Below, one piece after another: positions 46,178-59,662 of a DNA stretch of 64,000 bases (position 1 is its first letter; every line of letters begins with the position of its first letter). Source of the stretch: Dimorphilus gyrociliatus (Eukaryota; Animalia; Annelida); assembly GCA_904063045.1 (NCBI GenBank), contig CAJFCJ010000013.1, forward strand, positions 602,156 to 666,155, given 5' to 3'. The position numbers and the translations under genes were made by a program. The notes beneath the pieces were generated by a model. That model was not told the origin of the DNA. It was given only the letters and a program-made list of their open reading frames with translations, and searched no databases.

Positions 46178-48664
46178 GTTGACTCCCCCGCCCTTGAGAA
46201 ACGAAGCAGTTCTACAGTCGTACGGACAAATAACGCTCTCATCTAAAGCGTCTTCGCCACCAGTTGCAGACGTCGCTCCAACGATAACTTCTTCCAATCA
46301 TCTATCGATGAACAACGTTTAGACGCTTAGATCGCATTCATTTGCAGTGACTTTTTCTATCTGTATTTGGAATAAACGCTAGATTTATTCATTCATTCTT
46401 TCATTCTTTCATTCTATCATATATTTCTTTTTTATTTTGTTTCTCATCTATCATTCATTAATCCATTCGCTCATCCCGCCACTCTTATCTAAAATAGGGA
46501 ACGAATGTCCGCTATATTTTGTTTAAATGAGACGCTTTTTTTATTTGTCGAGTACAATTGAAAGAATTGAAAGTGAGGAAGAAATCGAGTTAGCCGGTGA
46601 CACCCTTCAAATAAATTTGTATGCTAGCGCCATCTGGTCATCTTTAAGGAACTTCCAGCTGGTCTTTGTGGAAAAACACTTGAGAGCTTTATGAAAGCAA
46701 ATGAGAATATCTTTTGAATGACTCTATCACACCAATCGTCACCTTTATTTTCTATACTGTCAATAGATTCAGAGATGGCACATTGAAAAACCTCTGCATT
46801 AAAGATTCCTCTCATTCCTCTTGGGTTTGTATCTTTCTCATATCATTTGATAAAATATCTACCATCTACAATCACCGTTATATTTTATCCTCAAATCGTC
46901 ACCTATTTATGATAATTTTCTTTTCTCTCGCTCCTTATACCCTGTATCCCTCGTTCCTACACTTATCTCATCAGTCACCTACTCTCCCTTACTTTCTCCC
47001 ACCACCCACCTCACTCCCCTCCTCCTCCCTGTCTTATCTCCCTTCTCTATATTTCATATTATAAAATGTTGCTGCTTTTGCTTTATCTTGTGGTTTGTCA
47101 CAGATTTTTTTTGTATCTCTATTCTATTGCGGCCTTATATAAATAGAGAAAAACTAGTTAAGAATTTGAAAGCTTTTCGAAATACAGTAATACTGAAAAG
47201 AGTTTGTCATTGTGTGGAAGATGATAATAATCTCTTCATTGATTCTCGTAGTATTTTGATTAAATCGAGATTAATCTAAAAGGGACGAGAGTAAAATTAA
47301 CCAATTATCATATAAAACAATATAAGGCCTTTATCACTATCACTATACTAATATATATAGCAAGCTTCTCAAACTATCCATTCGCACAGATTTGGAATAG
47401 ATGATATTTCATGTAGACGTTTAATCCAGTCTCCAATGTCTAATCCGTGTGAAAATATCATAAAGACTTAGCAGTTTATAAATTTATGTATTATCGCTTA
47501 TTACAAATATAAATATCACTGTCGATATTCTCCGAATGAGTAGTTATTATCTTACTTTATGTTCTTTCACTGTTGATTAACTACTCCAAGATGTTGTTGA
47601 CAATAATAGATAGGAATTTAATGCGCGCCAATCCGACATTTTTATTGACTTTCACTAGTCATTTGAGAATAGTTAAAAAATCATCTAAATTTCCTAGAAT
47701 ATCAATTCAAACGATTTGGATGTTTCACTATAATATTATAAATTGTCTGAATAAACACTTTTTACCAGTTTCAGTCGTAAAACGTGGAAAGTTTTTCAAC
47801 ACTGTCACGTGTGTTCAACGGACGTTGATGATTGAATTTAAAAAATAAATCGTTTATCAAAATCTTATTATATGTTTTGTTATAATCTATGCTGAATTGT
47901 CTATATAGTTCACTAGCTCTGGTGATGTATAGTTGATGCGCTTGAAAGGAAAGAGCTGAAATTTTATCAGCTGAAGGGGAAGACAAATTTTCCACGTCCT
48001 TTAGCGTTTCTTTAAATTTGTTTTTGGAAATTAGAAATAATTATTATCTTCTCTTTGCTTTAAGAATTTAAAGAAACTATATTGAAAGATTAAAAAGATG
48101 AAAAAAAAAGGAAAAAATTATAAAGACTGGCTTGGTGTTACTTGCACATAATGTTACTAACATTTTTGAAGATAAACTGGAACCAGGTTTTTTTGAAACT
48201 ATGGCGGCAAAAGTAAAATTGATGGGTCCCCGGAAAACATTAATTATGCACTGGCGCTTTGGACGGAGAACACTATCCCACACTCTGACCAAACCAATCA
48301 AATCCATTCGCGCCAGTTGGGCTATTGGTTGTGAACCTTGTGTACCCTTACTCGTCCCAAGTATTTTTTATACTTCATTTGACGGTGTGAAGTTTTTATT
48401 TCCTAGGTAAGCAGTCTTTGATCTTATTTTTGGTCATTTTAACTTTATAAATTATCTTCCAAAATTGGGAGTTGTAAGGTTTTTACCCTAAAAAAGCGCC
48501 ATGTCGTAATGTACAAGCGCCATATTTTTTTGCATAAAAACTTTTTGAATAAATTATCTACTTTCTATTCATTTTGAATTCAAACTAAATCTTTTCCTTA
48601 TTTCATCAGCTTACGAATTTTGCCTCACTGCAGCCTTTATATATCTAATATATATATATAAATT

Positions 48665-49563
48665 ATGAAGTTTCCATTTGACTCGAAGACACCGGCAGAG
48701 GTCAATGACTCTGACTCTGAAAATGAATATGATCAGGAGAATGACCCCGACAGACTTTTATTTCGTCAAGATGACGAATATAATCATAGTAACAGAGGAA
48801 ATATACCTCAATTCAACGTTCAGCCCAATGTAGGAGATTTCAGCTATCCGCTGCTCCAACCGATATTGAATTTGAATTTCGCCGCCAACGGAATTAGTGA
48901 ATCCGTTCTTGGCAGAGTTAATGTTCTTGATATTCATTCACCGGCTCCTTTCTTTCCGTATAACGAGAGCGGTGATAGCGATAAGGAAAATTCTGGAGAT
49001 TCACCAGGGCACCGTACACCATCTACTCCGCGAAGTCCTCTAACGCCAATGCAAGTTGAGGTCACCGAATCGACTGACTCTGAGGATGGTAACAATTTCG
49101 TTGTATATCATAAGTGGTTCAGACCAGGTCGTATAACTGTCGATACGGACGATGAATCTGATTATTCAAGTGATGAAGATGACGACGAACCGGAAAGAAT
49201 GACTCCTATTAGAAGTGATGTAAGTTCATAGATATTACTTTATTACAATTATCTCTACATATTAACAATATTTCTATATTTTCAGCTTATTTATCTCAAG
49301 AGAGCCAATTGGTGGAATAGACTAAATCACAATGTTGACGAGGTACCAATCAACAATCAGTATTAATGATGAAGTAATACTTTAATGCAATTAATATACA
49401 TCTTTCACAGGCAACCAAGTTCCCAGTAATTGCTACGAAGAATCTAGTCTCTTTCCTTAGTAGATATGTTCTTACTTCGATGAAACCAGATGTTCCTCAA
49501 CATCGCGATTACGACGAATTCGAGGCTCTGTGCAAAGCTCAATCAAAAGCAAAGAAGAAGTAA
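48665..49563 (+). CDS. Orphan acidic/Ser-Pro-rich protein
   Basis: A 188-aa ORF with a GTAAGT donor near 49220, then in-frame exons LIYLKRANWWNRLNHNVDE and ATKFPVIATKNLVSFLSRYVL...KAQSKAKKK*. No domain recognised. Confidence 0.7.
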
Positions 49564-50123
49564 GAAGCAAATATTTTTAAAGTTACATTTAGAATTAAAA
49601 ATAATGATGATATGATAACATTCTTATATGTAAAATGAAAAAAACGGTTAATTTTCTCTTATCGTTTCTTATCCGAAAAAAGTCTATTTTGTATTTTTAT
49701 TACTTAAAAAGAGGTGGGTTTTTTTGATTTTTAGTATTTATTTTTTAATGTCAAAGTCAAAAAAGTTTGTCAAGTTTGCAAAAAAAACCTCCCCTCAATC
49801 TAACACGTAAAACTTTATATTATACGATTTTCTATTTTATTGTTTTTTCTATATTTTGTCATTCATGTACGTTTTTCTATCGAAAAAGCAATACATATTT
49901 AAAGTTTAGTGATGCGCTGTGCTTTTATATGTAAAAGTACGCTGTTATGGCTTCTATTTTTATTTTGTATTGTACAAAAAGCAAACAATTAGCGATTAAA
50001 AAAAAAATCAAATAATAACAAAATCCTTTTTAAATGATGTTTGAAAATGGTTTAAAGAGTGAGGATCTATTGAAGAGGTGGTAGTTTTTCAGGATAGACT
50101 TTTGCCTAACAATCGTTTCGCCT

Positions 50124-53100
50124 TTAAACATTAATAATACCAAGAATCCATTTCAAGTAAGTGTTGACTTTTACAAACACGCTTGGACTTCCAGGCTGGG
50201 AACATTTCAAGGAAGACGAGAAGCTAGTCACCCCAGCCAATTCCCACGTGTTGTGCTTACTGGGACACATCAATGGTGAACCGCTATCGCCCTAAATTTA
50301 AATGTAAATATATAATATTGTCGTTAAAAGAAAGTTAAACTTACTAAGCAGGAAGAGATTTTTCCAGATTCGTAGCCACCGCAATAGTATAAAGATGAGT
50401 TGATAAATCCGTTTTTAGTATAAAATAATTCACACTTTTCATTCATCCAAACGTGCATATGAGCTTCTCTCAGCCTAATAGGTTTACTCGATTTCTCTTC
50501 TGCAATTGTCCGACCCCAACCGGCTATAAAGCAATTCTTTCTCCCTTGAAAAACACTATCAATTTTTGGTAAGCAAATTGGCGTAACATTAAGTGGTTTT
50601 TCGGATTCTAATAAGGCTAAATCATTAATAGGAAATTTGTTTCTCTCGTAATTCGGATGAACAATAATACGCTTAACACCTGACTTAAAACTATCAGTCC
50701 TAAATAATGCTGAATTTCCCAATCGTATTTGTATTTGTTTTGGATCGTTGTTACTAACACAATGGGCGGCCGTTAAAACCCAACGATCTTTAACAACGGT
50801 AGCACCACATTTTCTAGTTTTTATTTGCAAATGGGCAGACCAGGGCCAAGCGTTAGTTTCGCTTTCAAAACTTCCAATGATATAGGAGGCAATTTGGTTT
50901 TCCTTTGTCGATTTCCTTCCACACGAAGATTGTAAATCTCGTCTGCAGTCTAACGTAATAACTTTATTGTAGGGGCAATATGGCGTTTCTATGAGTATTC
51001 CTTGCATATATTTAGTAGATATAGCTGAAAAGTTTTGTACATTGGTACCAGCTAAATACTGTTGAAGCATAAGGAAACGTTTTATTTCTCCTTTATATTC
51101 CATAAACTTCATTGATCGATATATTCTAATTGAATAGAGAGATATTATTAAATGAAACTCGCTTAAATTATAGAAATATGTATGATTATTACCCTCCAAC
51201 TTGAGCGCAGGCAACTTCGCCAAAAGCTGCCGACCATCCTTCCGAGCAAACTGGTAGTGGCTCAGGTTTTTCGTACATTAGTGTATTGTTCCTATCTAAT
51301 AACGCGCATTCGGATTCGTCCGAACTGTCGTCGCAATCGTCAGTTCCGTCGCATCGTTGCGATATAGCTATACAAAATCCAGTTGAGCATTTCCATTGAT
51401 ATTTATCGCATTCCTTTATTGTACAATTCCTTTCATCGTCTAAGCAATCGTAAAAACCATCGCATCTCTGTTCCAAAGGTATACACTTTCCGTCGGAACA
51501 AGTAAATTCATCTTCTCCGCAAGCTATAATATAACAAAAGAATAATTTCATATATTCCAGTCTATTTATTCATCTCCAACTACTTACGACACTTTTCCTC
51601 GTCGCTTAAGTCTTTATATCCACAATCGTAATCTCCGTTACAGACAAGTCGCTTATCAATACATTTCATACTATTTTCACATTGATATTCGTTTGGTTGG
51701 CAATCTGTAAAAATTAAATTTTTTATGTTTGTTTGTCCAACAAATAAGAAATAATACTAATACAAACAATGGCAAATAGTTCTATTTAGAGATCTTCTTT
51801 TGCATTCAATAATTTTATCGTTTAAACTCCAACAAGCCGTTCCATTCTTATAAAATTCATATTTGAAAAGAGAACTAGTAGCCGACTGATAAACGACTAA
51901 TTCACCAATAATTTTATGCAATTTAAATAAACCCTCAATTGTAACTGGTTCTTTAATTCGTATTGCACTGCAAGCTTTATGAATAGAAAATTAAAATAAA
52001 AGTTAATAAAATTTAATGGAATAGAGGTTTAATTATTTTTATTATTACTTACGTGTTTTACAATGATACTCATCACTTTTATCATAACAATTGATAATGG
52101 AATCGCATATTTGTTTCCTAGGTATGCATTCGTGAAAATGAGTACATTGCCAGTAGTTGTCAGGACAGGCTTTTTTAACATTTTTACAACTTTTACCAGT
52201 ATAGACAAAGGTTTCAATTAATTCAATTCTCTTAATTATTCCGAATGAGCCAGCTTCTAATTCGAATCTGTTCTTTTTATCATTTATTTCTATATAGGCG
52301 TGATTAATAGCGTTTCCTTTATCTCCTTTAACGCTCCATAGGGTCTTCTTCTCGAAATTGTTTAATTTCAAATAAGCACTTCCGTCTAATAAATAAGTTA
52401 TTCTTAAACAAGAATTTTTCGATTTAAAATTAAAATAGGGTGACAGCAGATAAGCTTTTTGACCAGAAATTGACCATGCCAACTTTGAATTGACTAATAA
52501 TTTCTCTAAACCAGTCTCAGGATCAAATTGGGAATTCCATGTAAGAAGACCGGGCTTAGGTACATAACCGCATAAATCTTTATCCGTAAAATCGCACGCT
52601 AACGATTCCATTTGCTTTATTGGACAATATCCAGGTAGTAATGAAATTTCATCAATACTAATATCTCCTCTTATTCCATGACCTCTTAGGACGACAAATA
52701 ATATTCTACATTGATCATTTACTTGGTGAGTAACATTATCCATAAACAATTTCCATTCATTTCCAAAATTACCCGTAATTCTCAATAAAATATTTGTTTT
52801 TTTATGGCAATCCAATTTAACTAATAATTTACCAATATGATCACCATAAACGTGATAATTAAATCTTAAACAATAATTCTCTTGTATTGGTTTATAAAAA
52901 GAGGATACGAGTTTAGTCTCGTCGTTAAATGAGCCGAGAGACGCTTCTGTATAGACAAAAGGGTCTGGACATTTTAAACTAGATCCAGTAGGAGCACCAG
53001 TATGCGATGAGGGAGTACCCACATTCGACCACTTCCAAGTGAATTTATCATTCGATATAATGGTATAACCACAAATGGAAGGTTGATTGAATGAACAGTT

Positions 53101-54095
53101 AACAGCTGTTGAATATATAGTGAAAGCAATCATAAATGAGAAATACAGTATTATAAAGTTTATAAAATATTCAACACTAACAACTAAATTCTTCAGGAAG
53201 AGGTTTACGTTTAGTATAAATATCTTTAACTATTTGAATATCTATAAAGAATAAATGATTATTAAATAATATTATATTGTTATATAAAATAAGGATAATA
53301 TTACCTTCGCAAACAACTTCGAGATTAATAGTATTCCTCCATTGCTTTTTTATCGAATTATATATAGACCAATTACCCATAACGAGATGAGGATATTTGG
53401 CGGAATGTTTTATAACTACACTAGATCTCCTTACTCCTATCTAAAAAAAATAATAATAATATAGACGCCTTAATTCTTAGAATATTCTATAAACAACAAA
53501 CCTTTTGACCAACGACCCATTTGTTTGGAGATAGATGATAAATAAACCAAGTAGCATTGTGATGTTTATAAGCCGGTCTATGATGAGATGATATAAACGG
53601 TATTTTAATATAGAGTCCTTCTCTCTCATTTATTTCATTTTCATTAAATTTTAATGATATTCTTGTACACGGCTGCTCTTCCGCATTTATCGACACATTC
53701 TTACCATTTTGAAAAGATATTGTACAGCCTTCAATTTGGAAGTCATGTAGAGTTTTGAAAAATCTCGGTGCTAAAACAATCAACAATAAGATTTATATAA
53801 ATGAAATCGTTGTCATCAATGATTATCGATATACTTACGATGAAGACGTAGGAGGTAGAAAAAGCTGAGCAGAAAACCAAAACAAATCAATGTGAAAAAT
53901 GTTTTTAGTAAGCACAAGAGACGGTTTTTTCCTTTTAATAGTATCATAGCATGAGCTTAAAAATCTCTTCCTCCCATCCCAGTTTAATACACTTGATTTA
54001 CAGGTCTCGATCTCTGTACCACTAAAATCAGCCTTGCTTTTTCTAGCAAAAATAAAAATACCAATATAATAAACAGGTAGGAATGCAATATTCAT
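50124..54095 (-). CDS. Secreted mosaic serine protease (2 MAM domains, LDLa repeats, SRCR-like segment, S1 protease domain)
   Basis: Signal-like N-terminus [25 protein letters not shown] motifs ([11 protein letters not shown]...[16 protein letters not shown]; [11 protein letters not shown]); several LDLa repeats ([38 protein letters not shown]). Triad LTAAHC / NDLALL / GDSGSP, the last in an exon at ~50124-50291. Confidence 0.9.
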
Positions 54096-54702
54096 TTAAC
54101 CTTGTTAGGAGTGATAAGAAAATTGACAAAGCTAGATTATTTTAGTCGGTTGATAACACGAACCTTTAATTTAAACAATCTGGCTATGCTTTTTTTACCA
54201 TTTTTTCTCGTAACAGATCTGTAATTTTCAATGATACTATTTTAAATCGAAATTTTACAAGCTATAAATTTTTTATTACTGGAGAGGAGTAAAAACGGGC
54301 GGGTTATACCATTGAATGTCAAGGTTTAATTAATAATGTCGGATTTTATACTATCCGCTAACGGTGTCCACGAATGGCGCTATTCCTAAAAGCGTTCGAA
54401 ATTATTAAAAAAATTATTACTCTTTTTGAGCATTTATTAAACAAATAAAGAAATGTAGAATTCCATTATATGAATATTATTATCATTACAGCAAAAAAAG
54501 AGATAAAAAATTAGTTGATAATAAATTATTAAGACTGGAATGTTTATCAACTAATAAATACATATATGTAGATGGTATAGCGTGATCGCTCCTATTGCAG
54601 GAGTCTTTCATATACTAATTTCTAATATTTTTGGTTGAAAAATCAAATTTAAGATTTCAAATTCCAATATAATCGATTGATAAAATATAACTGAATCTTA
54701 AT

Positions 54703-57482
54703 ATGTTTAAATTATCAAGTGTTACTGTTTTAGCTGGCTGGTCGGTCCTACAATGCATAAATTGTGGTGAGTAGAACGGTTTCTTTTTACGTTTCCTGTA
54801 CAGTTTATTAATTAATCCCTTCAACAGAATATATTAGTATTGTACGCTCAGTAAATATTCCATCTTTCCAAAGGCTAAATAATGCCGAAAAATTATTTCT
54901 CAAAATACTAGAAGGATGCGAGAATAGTTCTCTCTTTCTTCGAGTTGTTAGATCGTCTGAAAAATGTCCAGCGGATGATGTCAAATTGTAATCTCTTTTA
55001 ACGATTATAAGATATCTTAAATTAAACGTTAAAATTTTAATATTATTATCCTACAGTTATTTAAAATGGCGATCTTTTCCTGTAATCAACCCCAAGAATG
55101 ATAGTACACTCTACCCACCGGAAGTGATTGGTATTAATGAGAATACAGTACAAATAAATTTAAAACCTGGAGGAAATGTAGTACAATATAATTTCCGTCC
55201 ATCTTCAGGCGACTATTTTGGAATGGTGATGCTTATGAATAAAAGAAACGTGATAAAAAAGGTAAATAACAATATGGACGTTACGATAACGACATCATTT
55301 TAACTTTTACATTAAAAACACACAGATAACGAGCATTAAATGCACTTATACACTTTATTTAATGCTTAATATTCATTTAATACCGTCTATTAATCAAATT
55401 GGTACAAATACAAAACAATCAATAACGTTAGCACCGAAGACCGATACCATATTTTACAAGTAATATTATTTATTATTGGTTTTTATTTTTACCTTTTATT
55501 GCCTTGACCTAAATAGTTATCAATTTATTTTTTCATAGGTTTCACACCGATATAGCAATAGTACAATATACGATTAGTCTATGGAATTGTAAAGTTAATG
55601 GTACCCTTGTTAAAAATTGCCCAATTATAATATCAGCAGCGGCAAATCGTATACCATCTCGTTTAGAGGGTAAAAACTGCACAAACTACGACAAATGTAC
55701 ATCAACTATTTATTCACCGTTTGCTAATAGTTGGCATTATGTTGCTTTATCAAAATCTATTACAAACAATTCAACTGTAATAGAAGCTAATGTTCGGATT
55801 GAACCTCTAGGTAGTATAATTACATAGAGAATAAAGTATGTTGTCTTTATCGGGTTGTTTTTCTAAATGAGGAAGATTGCTTCGAACCATTACCAAAACC
55901 ATCGCCAAGCAGTAATTTCCCAATAGATGTTCGTCTTAACGCAACTACTAGTGAAGATGCTCTAGTTTCTAACGAAGCGTTATCAACTTCGAATAGGTCT
56001 ATTATTAATTATTGTCCGAAATTTGGTAGGAGTTGGAAAAAAAGGAATCACTTCTATATCACTGACGGTCCTATATTAACATTTCTATTGAGTGTAAAAC
56101 GATATCTACAAGATGGAGGTTATTTATACTTTCGTACAAAATTGATTGAAACAAAGGTAAACAATATAAAAGTTAAAATTTGTAAATAAATATTCATTGG
56201 AACGTTTACTCTATACAGCTGATAAATGGAACTGAATCCGTTAATGTTATTCTTTGCGTTCAACCAAACGAGATGCCTATTAAGAATAAAGAAATAAACT
56301 GCAAAAAATATAGCTACAATGTAAACGAAACTGAAATCTTTCAAGTTTTGCCCTATCCGCAATACGGTATATGGTATTTTTCCATTTCTATACAATGCTT
56401 CGATTCTAACGGCTATAGGTAAGAATTGATATTCTTTATTTATCACTGTCTTGTGTATATTATATATGAATATGAATGACTTATTTGCATATTCATTTTC
56501 TTTTTACACAGAGGTGAATGTAACGGAAGTTATGCTGTCCTCGAATTGTCTAAAAAAGCCGAGTATAAGGAATGCTATCAAAATTGTAATAACCATGGAA
56601 AATGCCTAAACTTTATTAACGATATACAACAAACAACTCAATGCCAATGCGATTCTGGACGGTTTGGTTATGTTTGTCAAAATGGTCTAAAAACTAAAGA
56701 TTCTGTTCAAATACTTTATACTTTACTACTTGTATTGACGAATCTTTTCTTTATACCATCTATAATACTAGCCTTAAAATTCCGCTTATTTCCTGCGGCT
56801 ATTATCTATTTTCTCAACATGTTCTTCTCGGCTTTCTATCATGCGTGCGATATGGATCACTGGTCAAAATATAAATTTTGTTTAATGCAGTACTCTGTAT
56901 TAAGTTTTGGAGATTTTTATTGTTCTATTTGGTCGTTTTGGATAACTTTAATGAGTGTATCCGAACTGAAGAATAGTATAATATTACCAATTAATTCGGC
57001 TGCAGCTATTCTTCTAGCTGTGGGTGTTCAATGGAATATGCACGGTTTCCTAACATACATTATACCAATCTCTCTGGGAGGTATTATTGTTCTTTTAGCA
57101 TGGGTAAGTTTTTTTTTTTAGACGCCTTCAATTTTCCTAAACCATTGTTGTCTTTTAGATTATCGCCGGATATAGGCAGAAGAAATGCTATCCCGGATGT
57201 AAGAGAGGGCTATTTATGCTACCTGGTATAATTCTAGCTGGAGTTGGGTTATGTGTTTATGCATTTGTAGAAACAGACGACAACTATCCGTTTACGCATA
57301 GCTCATGGCATGTTTGTATGGCTCTGTCAATTATTTTCCTACTCCCAAGACGTCCTAGGGAAAATACTAATCGGCAAATCGATTGTCTAGATCTGTTTAA
57401 ATTCCCAAATAAAAGCCACAATTACACCTTCCCTCAAATGGACAATCTAAGTAACGACGTTCCACTGGTAGTCGACACTTAA
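54703..57482 (+). CDS. TMEM8: TMEM8 / PGAP6 family (EGF-like domain plus 7-TM CREST/DUF3522 domain)
   Basis: Signal-like first exon MFKLSSVTVLAGWSVLQCINC; YLKWRSFPVINP; EGF-like CYQNCNNHGKC...CQCDSGRFGYVC; TM region with SAFYHACD, LSFGDFY and HSSWHVC. Paralog identity is not resolved. Confidence 0.85.
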
Positions 57483-59543
57483 AAGGATTTCATGTTGAAC
57501 AATAACAATAGAAACATTGAGAATCAATCAAAGTTTGTGCCATATTAAAGGAGTTTACATAATTTTCTTTATTAATTTCCTATATTACTATTACCGATTG
57601 TTCATTTTAAGAAAGTTTATGTCTCAATTATACAATTTTCCTTTAGCTGAGCAGTTATTTATTAGTTGTTACAAGAAGAAGAAAAAAAAGGATGCTTACC
57701 TTTATATTTAATAACAGAAATTAATTACGCTTTTGCGACTTCTCTTTCCAATTTTCTAATGAATCCTGATGGATTTTATATTAGATTAAAGTTTCTGTGT
57801 TTTGTTGTTCTTTGTTGATTTTTTTTCAAGTTTATATTTGTAGATTTGTTTTAAAATACAAAGAGCACTTAACTTAATGAATCAATAGACATATATCTTT
57901 ACATCTATTACGATAGATTAAATCAAACTTGTAGTAATTTATTACAATATTTAAATTAGATAGTCAAAATATATACTGTACATTTAATATTATTTATACA
58001 ATAAAGTTTATATAGATAAAATTGCAAGTAACCTTTATCTAGACGGTCTGTTTTCCAATCTCTCTCTCTCTCTCTGTCTTTTTTTCCATAAAGTATGAAA
58101 GAAAGCAACTTACAATTGAAAAGCACAGCGACCACTATCGGACCATGACTTCTTTGTATAAATTAACATGTCTAATTCTTAGTAAAAATGCTCATTTTAT
58201 CTAATAATTCTGTTTAATTCTTCATTCTTATTGCATAAATACTATACAGAACACGAATAATGTTATTATTAAAATTTTTTCTTAAATGTTTCCTTTCAAT
58301 TCGAATATAAAAAATATCTTTTATATAAACGTAAATTGATATAGATAACTTATTTTTTTTAAGTGAAAGTCCAAATTTATTGATTAATACATCTTTTTTA
58401 ATGGATATATTTGATTAGACGGAAAGATAAATGCTATTTTCCATGTTTTTTATGATCTTTAACGTTTACTGAAATTCTTTTTTTTATGGGTGGTTTCCCC
58501 CTCCCCTCTCCATTATTGAGTAGTAATCAATTTAATATTGTATTTAAGGAACTAATATCAATACTTCTCTTTGTTTTTTAATGATATTTAGCCTATTGAT
58601 AGAATCCACTAGATGGCGCTTACTTAAGAATTAAAGTTTTTTGTTTAAATAATGATAGTTTAGTTATCAACGGTCGTAAAACGTTATTTGACTCTAATAA
58701 GACATTTTATTACCATAAAGTGGTCATTGTCTAACCTTATTTATAACTAATTCTGCCATTTATACCCATATTCGTTGTCTTTTAAAAATCATTCCACCCT
58801 TCTAAATAGCATCTTTAATAGGACATTACAGTTAAAGACATTAAGATATATACGAAAACAAAAAGAACAAAAAACTACCAACTCTCCTATTCCCAATTAA
58901 ACTTTTAATTCTACAAAATAAACATCATTCTTAAAATTAAATATATAAAAGAAACTATTCGAAATAGAGAGAAAGAGTAGAAAGTATTATTTTAATAAAT
59001 AACAATAGTCTTGTTATTGTTTATAATCTTTTTCATTAATAGAACAACCTATTAATTATTTTCGATTGGATTATAAAGTTTACATTTTTTTGATTGTTTT
59101 TGTTATTCTGTCTTTTAAATATTTACAATAATAAGTTTTTTTTTACATATTTATAAATATAACGTACAAGGCGATAGTATTTAAAAGATTTGAATATTTT
59201 GAAAATGATCTTTTGTATTTAACTTTAATGATCTCTATTGTTTTATGGGGTTTTTTCTAGCATTTAATAAGGTCGAATATGTACAATTCAATAACGGTGA
59301 ATTTGTACACTTTAAATTAGAACGTTTTACACATGTAATTCAGATGGCGCTGTTGTTCCTTATGTATAAAATCTTATCATTATAAGTATTGAATAAAAAT
59401 GAATAATCAATTTGTTTTATTTTATTAGACTATAGTAATTTTGAACTTATTTATAAAAAGTTGCAATAATTTAAAAAGAGTATTTTCAATATATGCACTC
59501 ACTGCAGCAGAACTTATGAAGTACTTACTCACCTGCTTGTGAG

Positions 59544-59552
59544 CGCCATTTT
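59544..59552 (-). promoter_or_regulatory. YY1/Pho-type AA(A/G)ATGGCG motif in a bidirectional promoter region
   Basis: The same core recurs near likely 5' ends at 23800 (rogdi), 31722 (RP2), 44087, 58611, 59342 and 63851. Confidence 0.35.
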
Positions 59553-59662
59553 GCCGATGATATATAAAGCGTGACGAGTGCGAACTCTAGTTGTATTTTT
59601 AAAAGCCGTTGTTAGTAATCTAAAATCGCTCGGCTTGCACCTGGGTTGTTACGTTTTAATTA

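Noticed and set aside
59330-59390. C/D box snoRNA on the minus strand (ATGATAA...CAGCGCCAT-CTGA)
   Set aside because: Box spacing is too short, the C box is imperfect, and the 9-nt guide equals the common YY1-type motif.
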